The notes under the pieces are model-generated. The model saw only the letters and a list, made by a program, of their open reading frames with translations. It was not told where the DNA came from and searched no databases. A DNA stretch of 64,000 bases from Paraspadella gotoi (Eukaryota > Animalia > Chaetognatha), in contig CM119270.1 in NCBI GenBank assembly GCA_051294375.1, forward strand, positions 2,769,568-2,833,567, given 5' to 3'. Numbering within the stretch: the stretch's first letter is position 1; the number at the start of each line of letters is the position of its first letter. The position numbers and the translations under genes are program-made. Positions 27,387 through 39,800 of the stretch are shown here, in pieces.

Positions 27387-27911
27387 NNNNNNNNNNNNNN
27401 NNNNNNNNNNNNNNNNNNNNNNNNNNNNNNNNNNNNNNNNNNNNNNNNNNNNNNNNNNNNNNNNNNNNNNNNNNNNNNNNNNNNNNNNNNNNNNNNNNNN
27501 NNNNNNNNNNNNNNNNNGAAAAATTCCCCGCGGAGGTCACCCGAAATTTTCTTCCCCGCGGAGGTCACCCGAGAAAAAGTTCCCAGGGTCTCCGTCTTTG
27601 GGGTCGTTTGTCCGACTTGTCGTTTAGCGTCGGTGGTCAGTGACCACTGGTCACTCCGGAGGTCGTTTAAAGGGTCATCGAAGAGGGTCATTTGAGAGGT
27701 CATTTAAGAGGTCATTCGACGGGGTCGTTCTTTTGAGTTTGTCAATGTCCGAGAATCCGAAGGGTCATTAATGTCAGCCGTTGCCTAATCTGTCGGTCAC
27801 CAGAAAGGGTGCGTTGCCCGACAAATGTCGGTTCGTTGCCTCGCCAAATGTCGGCTTGGAGACAAAGCGCATCGTCTTGTGGCTTTGAATTAAGGTTAAA
27901 TGAGGTTTAGG

Positions 27912-28362
27912 GCTCTATTTTCCGAGAGTGCCCCGTTTTTTTCATTTTACCCCAGAATTTGATTTTAATTTTAATATTTAATTTAAATATATTTTTCAAC
28001 CAATAAACCAATCCTTAACCCTAATCCCTAATCCTTAACCCTAATCCTTAACCCTAAGCCCTTATCCTTAACCCTAATCCTTAACCCTAGGCCCTTATCC
28101 TTAACCCTCATCCCTAATCCTTGACCCTAATCCCTAATCCTTGACCCTAATCCCTAATCCTTAACCCTAAGCCCTTATCCTTAACCCTAATCCCTAATCT
28201 TTAACCTTAATCCCTAATCCTCAACCCAAATCCCAAACCCTAAAACTAAGTCTCTAACCTAAATCAATAACCTAATCCCTAACCTTATCCCTAATCCCTA
28301 ATCCTTAACCTTAATCCTTAACCTTATCCCTAACCAAAGAGGGCGTTCTCGGAAAATATGGC
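27912..28362. mobile_element. Small element bounded by inverted repeats and carrying a telomere-like (CCCTAA/CCTTAA/CCTAAT) tandem array
   Basis: gctctattttccgagagtgccc (27912-27933) is an imperfect reverse complement of gggcgttctcggaaaatatggc (28341-28362). The array lies at ~28010-28335. Confidence 0.5.
28010..28335. repeat. Interstitial telomere-like repeat related to (TTAGGG)n on the minus strand
   Basis: ccttaaccctaatccctaat... hexamer/heptamer variants over ~325 bp. Confidence 0.85.
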
Positions 28363-29814
28363 CAAGTTTAGTGAAATTTTGAGCGGAACTTTATTTCCAA
28401 CTGAGTCGATAATCGATTCTGTAAAGTTGAAAAAGGCCATTGCTTGTTCTCTGCTTGCTGCGGTCGCCAAGCAAAGGTGGCCGGAGAGGGAGAGAGAGAG
28501 NNNNNNNNNNNNNNNNNNNNNNNNNNNNNNNNNNNNNNNNNNNNNNNNNNNNNNNNNNNNNNNNNNNNNNNNNNNNNNNNNNNNNNNNNNNNNNNNNNNN
28601 NNNNNNNNNNNNNNNNNNNNNNNNNNNNNNNNNNNNNNNNNNNNNNNNNNNNNNNNNNNNNNNNNNNNNNNNNNNNNNNNNNNNNNNNNNNNNNNNNNNN
28701 NNNNNNNNNNNNNNNNNNNNNNNNNNNNNNNNNNNNNNNNNNNNNNNNNNNNNNNNNNNNNNNNNNNNNNNNNNNNNNNNNNNNNNNNNNNNNNNNNNNN
28801 NNNNNNNNNNNNNNNNNNNNNNNNNNNNNNNNNNNNNNNNNNNNNNNNNNNNNNNNNNNNNNNNNNNNNNNNNNNNNNNNNNNNNNNNNNNNNNNNNNNN
28901 NNNNNNNNNNNNNNNNNNNNNNNNNNNNNNNNNNNNNNNNNNNNNNNNNNNNNNNNNNNNNNNNNNNNNNNNNNNNNNNNNNNNNNNNNNNNGACTTGAA
29001 GTTGGAGCGGGCAGTCGAAAGGGCGAGATGGGTAAGTGGGTAAGAGAAAGAGGAGCGGAGTAGGGGTGAGTGAAAGAAAGACTAGGGAGAGAGAGAGAGA
29101 GAGAGAGAGAAAAGGGATTGGAAGAAGCAAGAAAGAACAAGAAAGAGATTTGGAGGAAGAAGAGGAAGAAGAAGAGGATAAAGACTTTGGGATAAAAAAT
29201 GATTCGAGAATGAAGAGTCGAAGGTAAGGTCTCTCCTGATTGAGGGTGAGTTGTCCAAGTCAATTTAGAAACCATTTTTTTTTTAAAAGAAAGAGTCATT
29301 GATGTTTCGTGTTTTATTCCTTCACGATGAATCGATTCATTGAAATAAGCAAATGGAATCAAATTTTGTAACTGTACAAAGTGGCAGGTAGATTTATCAG
29401 GATAGAAGGAGAAAAAAGTTTTGTTTACATTTGTAAAATAAACAATTTTAGATCAGTTCTTAATAAGTACTCCAGTACTTAATATAAATACGTAATAAGA
29501 TAAAGTTTTACGTCCGGCTTTTTAACAGTGGGATCAAAACAATTTCATTGGAATTTCTTAAGAATTCGCTTAGCAATTTTATTCTATTACTTTTTAAAAA
29601 TCTTCCCTGGTGGATTATGTGAAAACAGAGGTTGGAAGATGAGGTTAACATTATTATTGTGGTTGTGGTTTTGAAGTGTCTGGTGGGCGACTTCAAATTC
29701 TAACAATAGAAAGAAGAGATGGAAATATTGTGATGATTGTCAGCTCTGCACTGATGTCTCCATGAAGTCTTGGGTTGTTTAATAAAGACACAGAGAGAGA
29801 AGAGCTGAGACGAG

Positions 29815-29849
<35 letters not shown>

Positions 29850-30467
29850 AGAGAGAACGAGAGAGAGAGAGAGAGTTCTCAATTCTCATATCTTCCCATT
29901 CGAGAGAAGGGAAAAATTAGGAACAAGAAAAAAATAGAAAAAGAATAAAAAAGTCGCAGAGAAAAAAAACGAAATTCGGAAAACACTTGAGAGAGAGAGA
30001 GAGAGAAGAAGAGAGAAGAGAATAGAGAGAGAGAGAGAGAGAGAGAAAGAATGAGAATAGGATGATTTTGATTAAAATGTTTTTTTACATCATCGTTTTG
30101 CTCCCATAAGATATTTTCGTGATTGGTTAACGTTTTAATTAAATTGTTGCATTAGAAAATTTGACTAACTATTCTACGTTACGTATGTACTGACTGAATC
30201 ATTCGTTTCTCCTCTTACTCCATTTTATCGAATTTGAAAACAAGTTTTATCGGAAAAACATTAAAATTGAGAAGACGAATTTTAAATCTTCCCTTTTTTT
30301 TAATATATTTTTTCACATATTTTGATCTTAACAAAAATAATAAATAAACTATAGCGACGTAGTACAAAAAGTCTCCACCACAATTTAGTTAACAGGAATT
30401 AACTTGATGTCAAATGCATCGTATAATTACAGATAAAATACGATAATCTTCACACGGTATCGACATT

Positions 30468-30524
30468 TTAAGCGCAGGCGCCGATGAGTTTGTCGATGAA
30501 TTCCATGTAGACGATCATTCCATC
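30468..30524 (-). CDS. Myosin ELC exon 5 (terminal)
   Basis: ttttttccaacag|GATGGA ... GCTTAA; 57 nt including stop. Confidence 0.9.
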   Translation of the reverse strand, partial: DGMIVYMEFIDKLIGACA

Positions 30525-32159
30525 CTGTTGGAAAAAAAAAGTACAAATTTCAGTCACATACTGATGTTTTAAAGAGGGATTTTAACTACATCCGGGTGTT
30601 TTTTTTTTAAAGAGCGACTTGAAAACTACATCAGTTTTATTCAGACAGCAACTTACAACAATATGTAACAGTCTATAATTACATCCGGGTTTTTCTACAC
30701 GGTCTATGAGATTCGGATGCTTTACCTCATCCTCCTGAATTCCCAAAAGAGTGAAGAGATTCGTGGATTCGTTTTGCTCCAACTTTTCTCCGAGAGAAGA
30801 GAGAACATTCTGGACTTCAGCGATCGGAACCTGTCAAGAGAAATAATTCCTATTTAAGTTTATTCATATTTAATTAAAATTTATTACTTTTCTTTACATT
30901 TATATTTCACACAAACTCTCGATTTCAATTTTACGACGTAACTTTCCCGCCGATTCATTCATGTATATTTTTATTTATTCTCTCTTCTTTCAGTCATAAA
31001 TTGTTCATTCACTCATTAATTCATTCAGTTATTTATCCATTCATCCATTTATTTATTCATACTTTTAACGATCTATTCATTCATTCATTCATTCATTCAT
31101 TCATTCATTCATTCATTCATTCATTCATTCATTCATTCATTCATTCATTCATCTATTTATTAATTCTTTTAGCAATCTATTCATTAATTTATTCATTCAT
31201 TCTTTCATTCATTTTTTCATTCATTTTTTCATTCATTTTTTCATTCATTCAATAATTCATTCATCCATTAATTCATTCATTCATTCCCTCACCTTCCCGC
31301 TGCCGTCCTTGTCGAAGACCTTGAGACCCTCAATGTAGTCTTCCTTGCATCCCGTGTCCTTGAGGTCAGACTTGACTTTTTGCCAAACCGGGAGGAAATC
31401 GGCAAAAGTGATGCGCTTCTCTCCTGATCGGTTAACAAAAAGAGATTTCGTTTAAAATTGGGCGATGGGTGAGGCGTTTCTCTTCTGATCGGCTAAAAAA
31501 CATATTTTGTTAAAGATCAGGGTTAAGCATAAGCGTTTCTCTCATGATCGGTCAAAATTTTGTTAAAAATCTGGCTATTTTAGAGGGTTTTCGGGGTTTC
31601 CCTCCCGCTTGGCCAAAATATTTTAATTCAAAAAATATTTATATGCAGTCGGGATAGCAATCGTATCCAGATGCAATTAAGCTAAGATTCACTCAAATTC
31701 CGGATGCAAACAAGTTAAGATGCAATTAAAGTCCGTATGCGACCAAGTCTCACCTAGGTTTTCCGTGGCGCCGGCCTCAATGCAGGTCTTGTTCGTGCAG
31801 TTGCAGCCAAGAGCGCGAAGAATGTCCGGCATGTAGAAGCAGTCAACATCGTTGCCCTGTTAAGAGAGGATTTTAGTTATTGATGGATTGATTGATTGAT
31901 TGAATAGATTAAGTCATTCATTGTTGAATTCATGATTGAGTGATTGATTGAAAGGTGGGATCGATTGCAGGATTAGACTATGACTTCATTGATTGATTAA
32001 TTTATTTATCGTTTGATTGATTAAATACTACGTTGATCGAATGGTGAATCGATATATCATTTTAAATATTTATTCACTTGTTTATTAAATGATTGAATTA
32101 TAGATTGGGTTTTTTTCCATTAATATATGTTCGAATAATCAGTTTATTAATTGATTTAT

Positions 32160-32218
<59 letters not shown>

Positions 32219-32276
32219 ATACCTCATAGGCCTCGTCGAAGATGATGAAAGCATCCTTAGCGTCAGATTCAGACAT
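30468..32276 (-). CDS. Myosin essential (alkali) light chain, invertebrate muscle type, 5 exons, 149 aa
   Basis: Exons 32276-32223, 31856-31754, 31423-31293, 30830-30726, 30524-30468, all GT-AG, total 450 nt in frame: MSESDAKDAFIIFDEAYEGNDVDCFYMPDILRALGCNCTNKTCIEAGATENLGEKRITFADFLPVWQKVKSDLKDTGCKEDYIEGLKVFDKDGSGKVPIAEVQNVLSSLGEKLEQNESTNLFTLLGIQEDEDGMIVYMEFIDKLIGACA*. ELC hallmarks: LRALG, GEKxxxFxxFLP, DYIEGLKVFDK, LGEKL, EDxxGxxxYxxF. Confidence 0.93.
30726..30830 (-). CDS. Myosin ELC exon 4
   Basis: cttgacag|GTTCCG ... GATGAG|gtaaag; 105 nt. Confidence 0.93.
31075..31285. repeat. (TTCA)n microsatellite in ELC intron 3
   Basis: Direct observation. Confidence 0.9.
31293..31423 (-). CDS. Myosin ELC exon 3
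   Basis: gatcag|GAGAG ... GGGAAG|gtgagg; 131 nt. Confidence 0.93.
31754..31856 (-). CDS. Myosin ELC exon 2
   Basis: cttaacag|GGCAAC ... CTAG|gtgaga; 103 nt. Confidence 0.93.
32150..32218. repeat. (GATT)n microsatellite in ELC intron 1
   Basis: Direct observation. Confidence 0.9.
32223..32276 (-). CDS. Myosin ELC exon 1 (MSESDAKDAFIIFDEAYE)
   Basis: gaaaATG start, GAG|gtattc donor, phase 0. Confidence 0.88.
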
Positions 32277-32395
32277 TTTCTTTGGTTTTTGTTTTTTTAA
32301 TAACAACGACAAAAGTTGAGAGACAAAAAAAATTTATCGTCGAAAATTCGAATCTTGATTTGCGTCTCTGAAGAGAAATTTCGTTGGGGGTCGGA

Positions 32396-32402
32396 TTATA
32401 TA
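32396..32402 (-). promoter_or_regulatory. Putative TATA box of the ELC gene
   Basis: Minus strand gggTATATAAtcc ~125 nt upstream of the ATG, with an Inr-like TCAG ~32 nt downstream; identical in the second copy (58396). Confidence 0.55.
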
Positions 32403-32456
32403 CCCTGGTCTTCGTGGTCGTTGTTGTCGTCGTGGTTTCGCGATGTCAGTGTAACT

Positions 32457-32536
<80 letters not shown>

Positions 32537-33297
32537 CCCCTCGCCGGACCCGGGCTTTTAGCTCGGCAAGTGTAAGACTCTACTGTACCGCAAAAACAAT
32601 GAGACTGTAAAAAAAAGTTTTGGGATTTCAATTATTTAGGGTGACTTTGATTTAATGTCAGTCGATCGAGCTTCGCGATCATTTTGAGATGTCATGTTAA
32701 AGTGAAGCTGGTTTGTCAAAGTTGCATTGCTTTTAAAATTGATTGAACTTGTACTTCAATTGTTGTAAAAGTTATTTACTTGGTTCACGTTATTATTAAA
32801 GAAATAATCTATTTGGACTTGCTATCGAGCTTCTGCCCTCATTAAACCATTAAGCCTTTTAATCAATAATATATTACAGAATATTTAGAATGTTTGACTT
32901 TCTATTTATGAAGTTTGAATAATAATTGAATAATAAATTTGTATAAATCCCTCAGCCCTATGTACACAAGATCGGCGAATCTTATTAAGCTTCGCATGTA
33001 AGCGTTTTAGATTATTGTAATATATATAACATATATATCATAAGTACTATACAATTTGCCTTTTTTTTAAAACAAAAAATCCCTTTACTTGAAAACTTAC
33101 GTCAGTAAAAAAAAAAGGAATTTTTTCTTTCATTTTTTGAAATTTATCTCCGTCACGTTATTTATGATCTTTTGTTGTTATTGTAAAAAATTTTTCAAAA
33201 CTGATTTACGATCTCGTGAGTCAGAGGGTGAAAGAGAGAGGAGGGGGGAGGGAGGGGGAGAGAGGGAGAACGCGATTCGGGTTGAGGGGGGAGAGAG

Positions 33298-33365
<68 letters not shown>

Positions 33366-33671
33366 AGAGTCGAGAGAGAGTCGAAGAGGGAGAGGGGAAA
33401 GAGAGAGGAGAGAGAGGGAGAAGGAGACGAGGGGTAGGGGAAGGGGAGAGAAGGGGGGGAAGGTTAGAGGGAGCGAAAAAGGGAGAGGGCGAAGGGGAGG
33501 GATGGATCAAGATGGATCGAGTCTGATGGGGTTGATGGGGTTGATGGGGCTGGGAGGTTTGAAAGGAGAAATTATGATGTAGAAAAGTGTCGAGTCGGTA
33601 AACGAAAAAGATGACGATGATGATGACGATGACGTTAATGACAGATCAGGGATCGATTGAGAGACAATAGA

Positions 33672-33742
<71 letters not shown>

Positions 33743-33765
33743 GATGATGATGATGATGATGATCA
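33672..33765. repeat. (GAT)n microsatellite
   Basis: Direct observation; another at 34428-34510, the source of the poly-D and poly-I ORFs. Confidence 0.9.
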
Positions 33766-34298
33766 AATGGATGTTGAAAGAAATTGAAGAAGTGTGACTG
33801 AGAATAAATCTGTCGTGAGTCGAGAGCTTAGTTCGTTTTTTACAGCTAAAGTTTCTAGATATATTGAAGTCATTAAAGACTAAAAAAAATATTATTCACC
33901 ACTATAGAACGAAATGTATAGTTTAGAAGTATATAAAAATAAACGTGATTTTGTTTATTTCTTTGTTTCAAACATTTATTTACTTTTGAAAAAAAAATGT
34001 CATTTTAAGTTCAAAGATAAAGGTTTAAGGGTTTACGTTAGGGTTCGGCATTTGATTAGGGGTCAAGTTTAAGAATTTGGAGAAATATTATTGATAAAAT
34101 TAAGGAACAAAGGAACAGAAATGGGTTGCTTTCCGAAAATAGTGCCAGAAACTTCTTAATCAAACCAATGCATGGACTAAATCTAAATTTAGATATAAAT
34201 TTGCTCGAAACAAAAAAAAAAATATTTTCTCGTTTCAACTTTTCGGTCATGGATTACACCGACGTCGCGAGTGTGGGATAACAACAACAACAACAAAA

Positions 34299-34344
<46 letters not shown>

Positions 34345-34427
34345 CGACGACGAGTGAAGAAGAGGAAAATGAAAACAATCGATTTTGACAGAAGAGATAA
34401 TGAATGATGGGCGATGAGAAAGGAGGC

Positions 34428-34511
<84 letters not shown>

Positions 34512-34825
34512 GAAGATATATCTAATAATCACGACGAAGATAAAAAAAAAGCGGTCAGCACATTTTATAAACATTCGTTCGTACTAGTACAAATTACAAA
34601 AAAATTTAAAACGCAAATGACTCAACGAAATGAGATCGATTCGCTTTCAAAGTGACTCAAAACCTCACGCCGCGTCGGATGTCGTTAGCAGGTGTCGCCC
34701 GGCACCTGTTCTTTCGACAGGAAGATGCCGATAAGGATAAGAAATGGAATCGAAATGAAATCGCCCAAAAATTCCACTGCGTCTTATTCTCTTCTTTCTC
34801 ATCACACCTTCCGCCCCCACCGCCT

Positions 34826-34914
34826 CCGCCTAACCCGCGCCTAAACCCACGTCTAACCCGCGCCTAACCCACGCCTAACCAACGCCTAACCCACGCCTAA
34901 CCGCCGTCTAACCC
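34826..34914. repeat. 11-bp tandem repeat (cgcctaaccca)
   Basis: About 8 degenerate units. Confidence 0.8.
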
Positions 34915-35653
34915 AGCCTTCTTTCTCTTCGCCACCGACCTACTGACAGACCGACCGAAACCGAAAATGAAGGAAAGATTTTTTTTCGTGGCCTCGATTT
35001 TCGGGTTTGATGTTGTCTTTTGATGGATTTAGTTTGATGGAGTTCTTTGATGGAGAGGTTTCTTTGGGTAAAGTAGCTTGATGGAGTATTTTGATGTGGT
35101 TACTTGATAAATTTTTTGATGGAGTGGTTTTGATGTAGTGGTTTTGAGGAAGTCTTTGATGTTGTTGCTTCATGAAATTCTTTTGATGAAGTGGTTTGAT
35201 GGAGTCGATAGAGTGATCCTAGATCGATGGAACCAACGCGAATTTTGATGGTTTCGTCATAAAGATGCTTTTTTTATGTCCGGAAGAAAAAAATTGGATC
35301 AGAAATCTGATATGAGANNNNNNNNNNNNNNNNNNNNNNNNNNNNNNNNNNNNNNNNNNNNNNNNNNNNNNNNNNNNNNNNNNNNNNNNNNNNNNNNNNN
35401 NNNNNNNNNNNNNNNNNNNNNNNNNNNNNNNNNNNNNNNNNNNNNNNNNNNNNNNNNNNNNNNNNNNNNNNNNNNNNNNNNNNNNNNNNNNNNNNNNNNN
35501 NNNNNNNNNNNAGAAATTGATTGGGTTCAAAAAGATCGAGAGACCAGAGTGATTTTAGGGGCTTCTCCGTTTGAGCGTCGTTCATATGTCGATTGAAAGA
35601 GATGGCATAGATGGCATAGCAGAGATCGAAGCCGTTTTGATAATATTGTTTCA

Positions 35654-35659
<6 letters not shown>

Positions 35660-35749
<90 letters not shown>

Positions 35750-36130
35750 GATCTTTCTGGATTTCTTTGTTTTTATTTTATTATAACTAATTACATATAC
35801 ACCACATTTCTAATAAACACAGCAGCAAATCTGTATCAATGAATTAAAATTCAAAGTAAAGGACAGAAACGTTGATTAGAAATGATTTGCCGCCTGAGCC
35901 GATCGGAGTTAACGATTTGACGAGCGAATGGCCACCTGAGCCGATCGGCAGACACGACTCGCTCCATCTAACGGCGACACGAAAAAAAAAGTTGCGTCGC
36001 GTTGGCGTCGTAGGTCGCTCCTGAACTTCCAGTCGAGCCACGCCCTCTCTCGATCATTAAAAATGAATCAGTGAGGGAAATCATTCTCTCTCTCTCTCTC
36101 TCTCTNNNNNNNNNNNNNNNNNNNNNNNNN

Positions 36131-36220
<90 letters not shown>

Positions 36221-36341
36221 GAAGCCCATCAGGATCGGCCGACCTCGAAATCTCGCCCCGGGAGATATTTTCAATGAAATTCGGTGCAGTGAAAAAGTTG
36301 TAAAGTGGCCCCTTTTTTGTGAGCCGGAAACCGTGAAGATG

Positions 36342-36414
<73 letters not shown>

Positions 36415-36754
36415 AGAGAATGATTTCCCTCACTGATTCATTTTTAATGATCGAGAGAGGGCGTGGCTCGACTGGAAGTTCAGGAGCGACCTACGACGCC
36501 AACGCGACGCAACTTTTTTTTTCGTGTCGCCGTTAGATGGAGCGAGTCGTGTCTGCCGATCGGCTCAGGTGGCCATTCGCTCGTCAAATCGTTAACTCCG
36601 ATCGGCTCAGGCGGCAAATCATTTCTAATCAACGTTTCTGTCCTTTACTTTGAATTTTAATTCATTGATACAGATTTGCTGCTGTGTTTATTAGAAATGT
36701 GGTGTATATGTAATTAGTTATAATAAAATAAAAACAAAGAAATCCAGAAAGATC

Positions 36755-36830
<76 letters not shown>
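35660..36830. repeat. Local inverted duplication (35660-36105 vs ~36400-36830) across an N gap
   Basis: Identical 65-aa ORFs on opposite strands (35844-36041 minus, 36463-36660 plus); sequences are reverse complements. Confidence 0.9.
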
Positions 36831-36831
<1 letters not shown>

Positions 36832-36832
<1 letters not shown>

Positions 36833-39800
36833 GTATCTGTGTTGGGCCGCGCGGTTCCCCTTCGGCGTTTCTGGATCGGCAAAATGAAGCTTCTTCCCTG
36901 CGGTTTCTGGATTGGCGGGCCTGGACCAATCACCGTCGAGAGTATTGAAGAGAATTCTACCTTTTTACCGCGTTTCCGCGCGCAGCATTGAGGAAACGCG
37001 TTGGTCGTGCGTATTATAGGTTGCTTATTTTGATCTTGTAAAAACGGACGGCCAACCGTTTTCAAACCCAGTAGAGGTGATTTTTATTTGCGATGCAACC
37101 GAATGTTTAAACTTGTTTTTAATGTTTTTACTCTGCTTTTAACTTGGTATTTACATGTTTTAATGGTTTTTAATTGATTTTAATACGTTTATTCTCTGCC
37201 TTTTTATTGATACCATACATGTTATTTTAACCTCCTAACCTTCGAATTTCGTGGACCGAGAAAATTAGTGTATTGAGTACAAGATCAAACATTGAAAACG
37301 AGCTGAAACGACGTCGCGTCTTCGCCGGGTGAGAGGTTTTTGAAAAGGTGAGAATTTGAAATTCGATTGAATTTTTCTTTTGATTCCAGGCTCTTTTTAT
37401 GACGCGACATTTATTCGCCAAAACGCCGACGGCTGGTGAAAAACTATATTTCTTCTCCTTTCCTCTCGGCGAAAAATTACGACGCGCGGATGCATTCGCG
37501 ATTACTGGAGATAAAGGTCCGGTCTATCGACGCTATGGTGGAGAGATCGTCGAGTATCTCCGTCTCTCACACCTTCGAGATCCGATTATGACTGGCTTGA
37601 GGTCTCGTTTTATACGCGCTGCCCTATTACATTGAATTTGACGTATTCCATTTAATTCCTTTTCTTTTTTCGGTTTCCCCTTTGTAGATTCGCCATGGCT
37701 TTACTCAGTTCAGGCCTTCGCCGGTCACAGCGCAATCTGCTCAGCCCGATGAGGAGCTTAGCAGCAGCGCACCTGGGTTGGTTGACAGAGATGAGGCATG
37801 TTGCAGAAGGGAGAAGCCCGGATTACAACCCTCGGATGCGGGTCAATTGCTGCTCTTATGCATTGAAGGACCCAAGTGTGACCGGACATGGATACCAAAA
37901 GAAGCTAGGCTAATAGAGATGAAGTAAGTCAAGCAGAGCTTACCTTCTTGCTTGGGATAGCTTGGCCACAAACAAAAGGGGTTTCCAAGGAGCCCTAGTT
38001 ATGCGTCTCCTTCCAGAGCTTTTTTCTCTGAGACAGTGTGGGGTGTTGGGTGTTCCTTCCACTCAGCTGATGTAGGCCTAAGAGTGATTGTCACCAGTTC
38101 CTGTTAAGGACCCTCAAGGGGCTTCTCAGTGTGGAGGGGAAGGGAGCTCTGCATCAAGAATCTTCTGGAGGCCAGAACTGAAGGCGAGCTGCAGTCAGAG
38201 CTAGCTCTTGCAGGTGCACAGTAGATCGGTGCTGCAGCGGGAGCTTGAGCGGTGACTTTGAAGCTGCCCCCAAGCTATGCTCTCAGGGGCGCTCTAACCA
38301 CCCAAGTAGAAGATCAGGATTTAAGAGGAAGAAGGTCGGCCAAAAACTGGTTCAGAAAAAAGATTCGCATGGTCAAATAGAAGTCGGTCGATCAGCTAAG
38401 TCATTAAGCTGAGCTTGCTGCTTAAAGGCTACTGCAGCCATAGATGAAAAGATTTGTCAGCAGGAGTTTCAAAGTGAAATTCCAGTTCACAATTGAAAGA
38501 GAAAGCTCAAGTGCCCTTCAAGCTCAATTGAGTGTATTTGATGTTTTGATAATTGACAGGCAATTGCCTCTTCTTGCCGCAGACTCCTCCTCAATCCTCA
38601 CAAGAACGCAAATGCAGAGATATAGAGCATACAAACATTTCTCCAGGACAAATGCATGCGAATGGACGGTAGATGCCAGATGTTGCAGAAATGAATACCG
38701 AACATGATATATCCCAGGTCAGGTTGTTATTGCTCTAGGAAACCCTTTGGCGGGGACTTGGTTCCATCCTATAACAAAACCTGCTAATCCTCCCCCTTTG
38801 GTTTTCAATATCAACGGCGCCTGTGCTTGAGTGCCTCCTGGTTGGCTCCCAACATATTCAGATTCCCAGGAATATGCCTGCTGAACATGGTTTTGGCGCA
38901 GACACTCGCAACGCAAACCGCCCGTCTCAGGCTGAAAAATGGCCCAGGCATTTCCTGCTGTTGAAGCCATTCCTGAGGGAATTTCTATGACATGTGAGGA
39001 GAGTGTTCCAGGTATGGATTGGTATTCATGGACAACTTTTTTGAGTTGTTGGAGTGGACCTAAGGGAGTGCTAAAACCAAGCTATCCAGGAATATAAGAT
39101 GCTGAGAACAGGTGGATGAAGCTCTGGAAGCTTGCAAAGATTCGCGATACGTGAACATTGAGAAGTACCAAAGTGCACAGCACTGATAAACTGGAAAGAA
39201 ACTCCTTAAAAAGGGTGAGAATTAACACTTCGAGACCATGATGGTTTGCGCGAATTTTGTTGGACCTCCAGAAGATGGCCAAGGGTGGCTTCTATTCAAT
39301 GGAGAACTTCAAGGAGTTGATTCCCATTGACGTCCTTCAGGAGACTCATCGAAAGGACGTGTACCCTTTATTCAGGGGTCATGGGAAAAAAATACATCAC
39401 AAAGATGGACTAGTACCGGTTAAACGATCTGCAGAGTTGTGCTGTTTTTTCATTTCTATTCACTCAATGACAGAGTTCTGGAAATGGAAATCTCCTATTG
39501 CTTCAAAAGGTGCCAGCAACGATCTAGAAGCCCTTCCCAGGCTAAGGCTCATGTGTGTCCCAAAGTCAATGTCGGTACAGGCGACTCAGTTTGATTCCGA
39601 AGGCAAGCACGGTCTTCAGAAGCTGCTTCCAAAATGGTCAAAGGATCTAAGAAAGACTGTTGATGCAGCAGCAGCGGAGAAAGCTTCAAAGGCCTCACAT
39701 CTGCGATGACTGGCGTTCCCACTTGCTGTGAAGATTCCGTAATTGTCAGGCATGTAAGAAGATATTCTATTTAATGACTGCTCCCTGTTCAGTCGAAATC

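Noticed and set aside
27660-27730. Clustered AGGTCA nuclear-receptor half sites
   Set aside because: Explained by a ~12-bp degenerate tandem repeat; no independent evidence of function.
28010-28335. True telomere or chromosome-fusion site
   Set aside because: Degenerate, short, single orientation, internal, and bracketed by inverted repeats.
30582-30782. 66-aa minus-strand ORF as a stand-alone gene
   Set aside because: It is the 3' part of ELC exon 4 read through into intron 4.
31573-31584. MEF2 site in ELC intron 2 (ctattttag)
   Set aside because: One base short of the YTA(A/T)4TAR consensus in both copies.
37780-38060. N-terminal PHD finger in the BEL gag
   Set aside because: Scattered Cys pairs are present, but frameshifts prevent recovery of the C4HC3 spacing.
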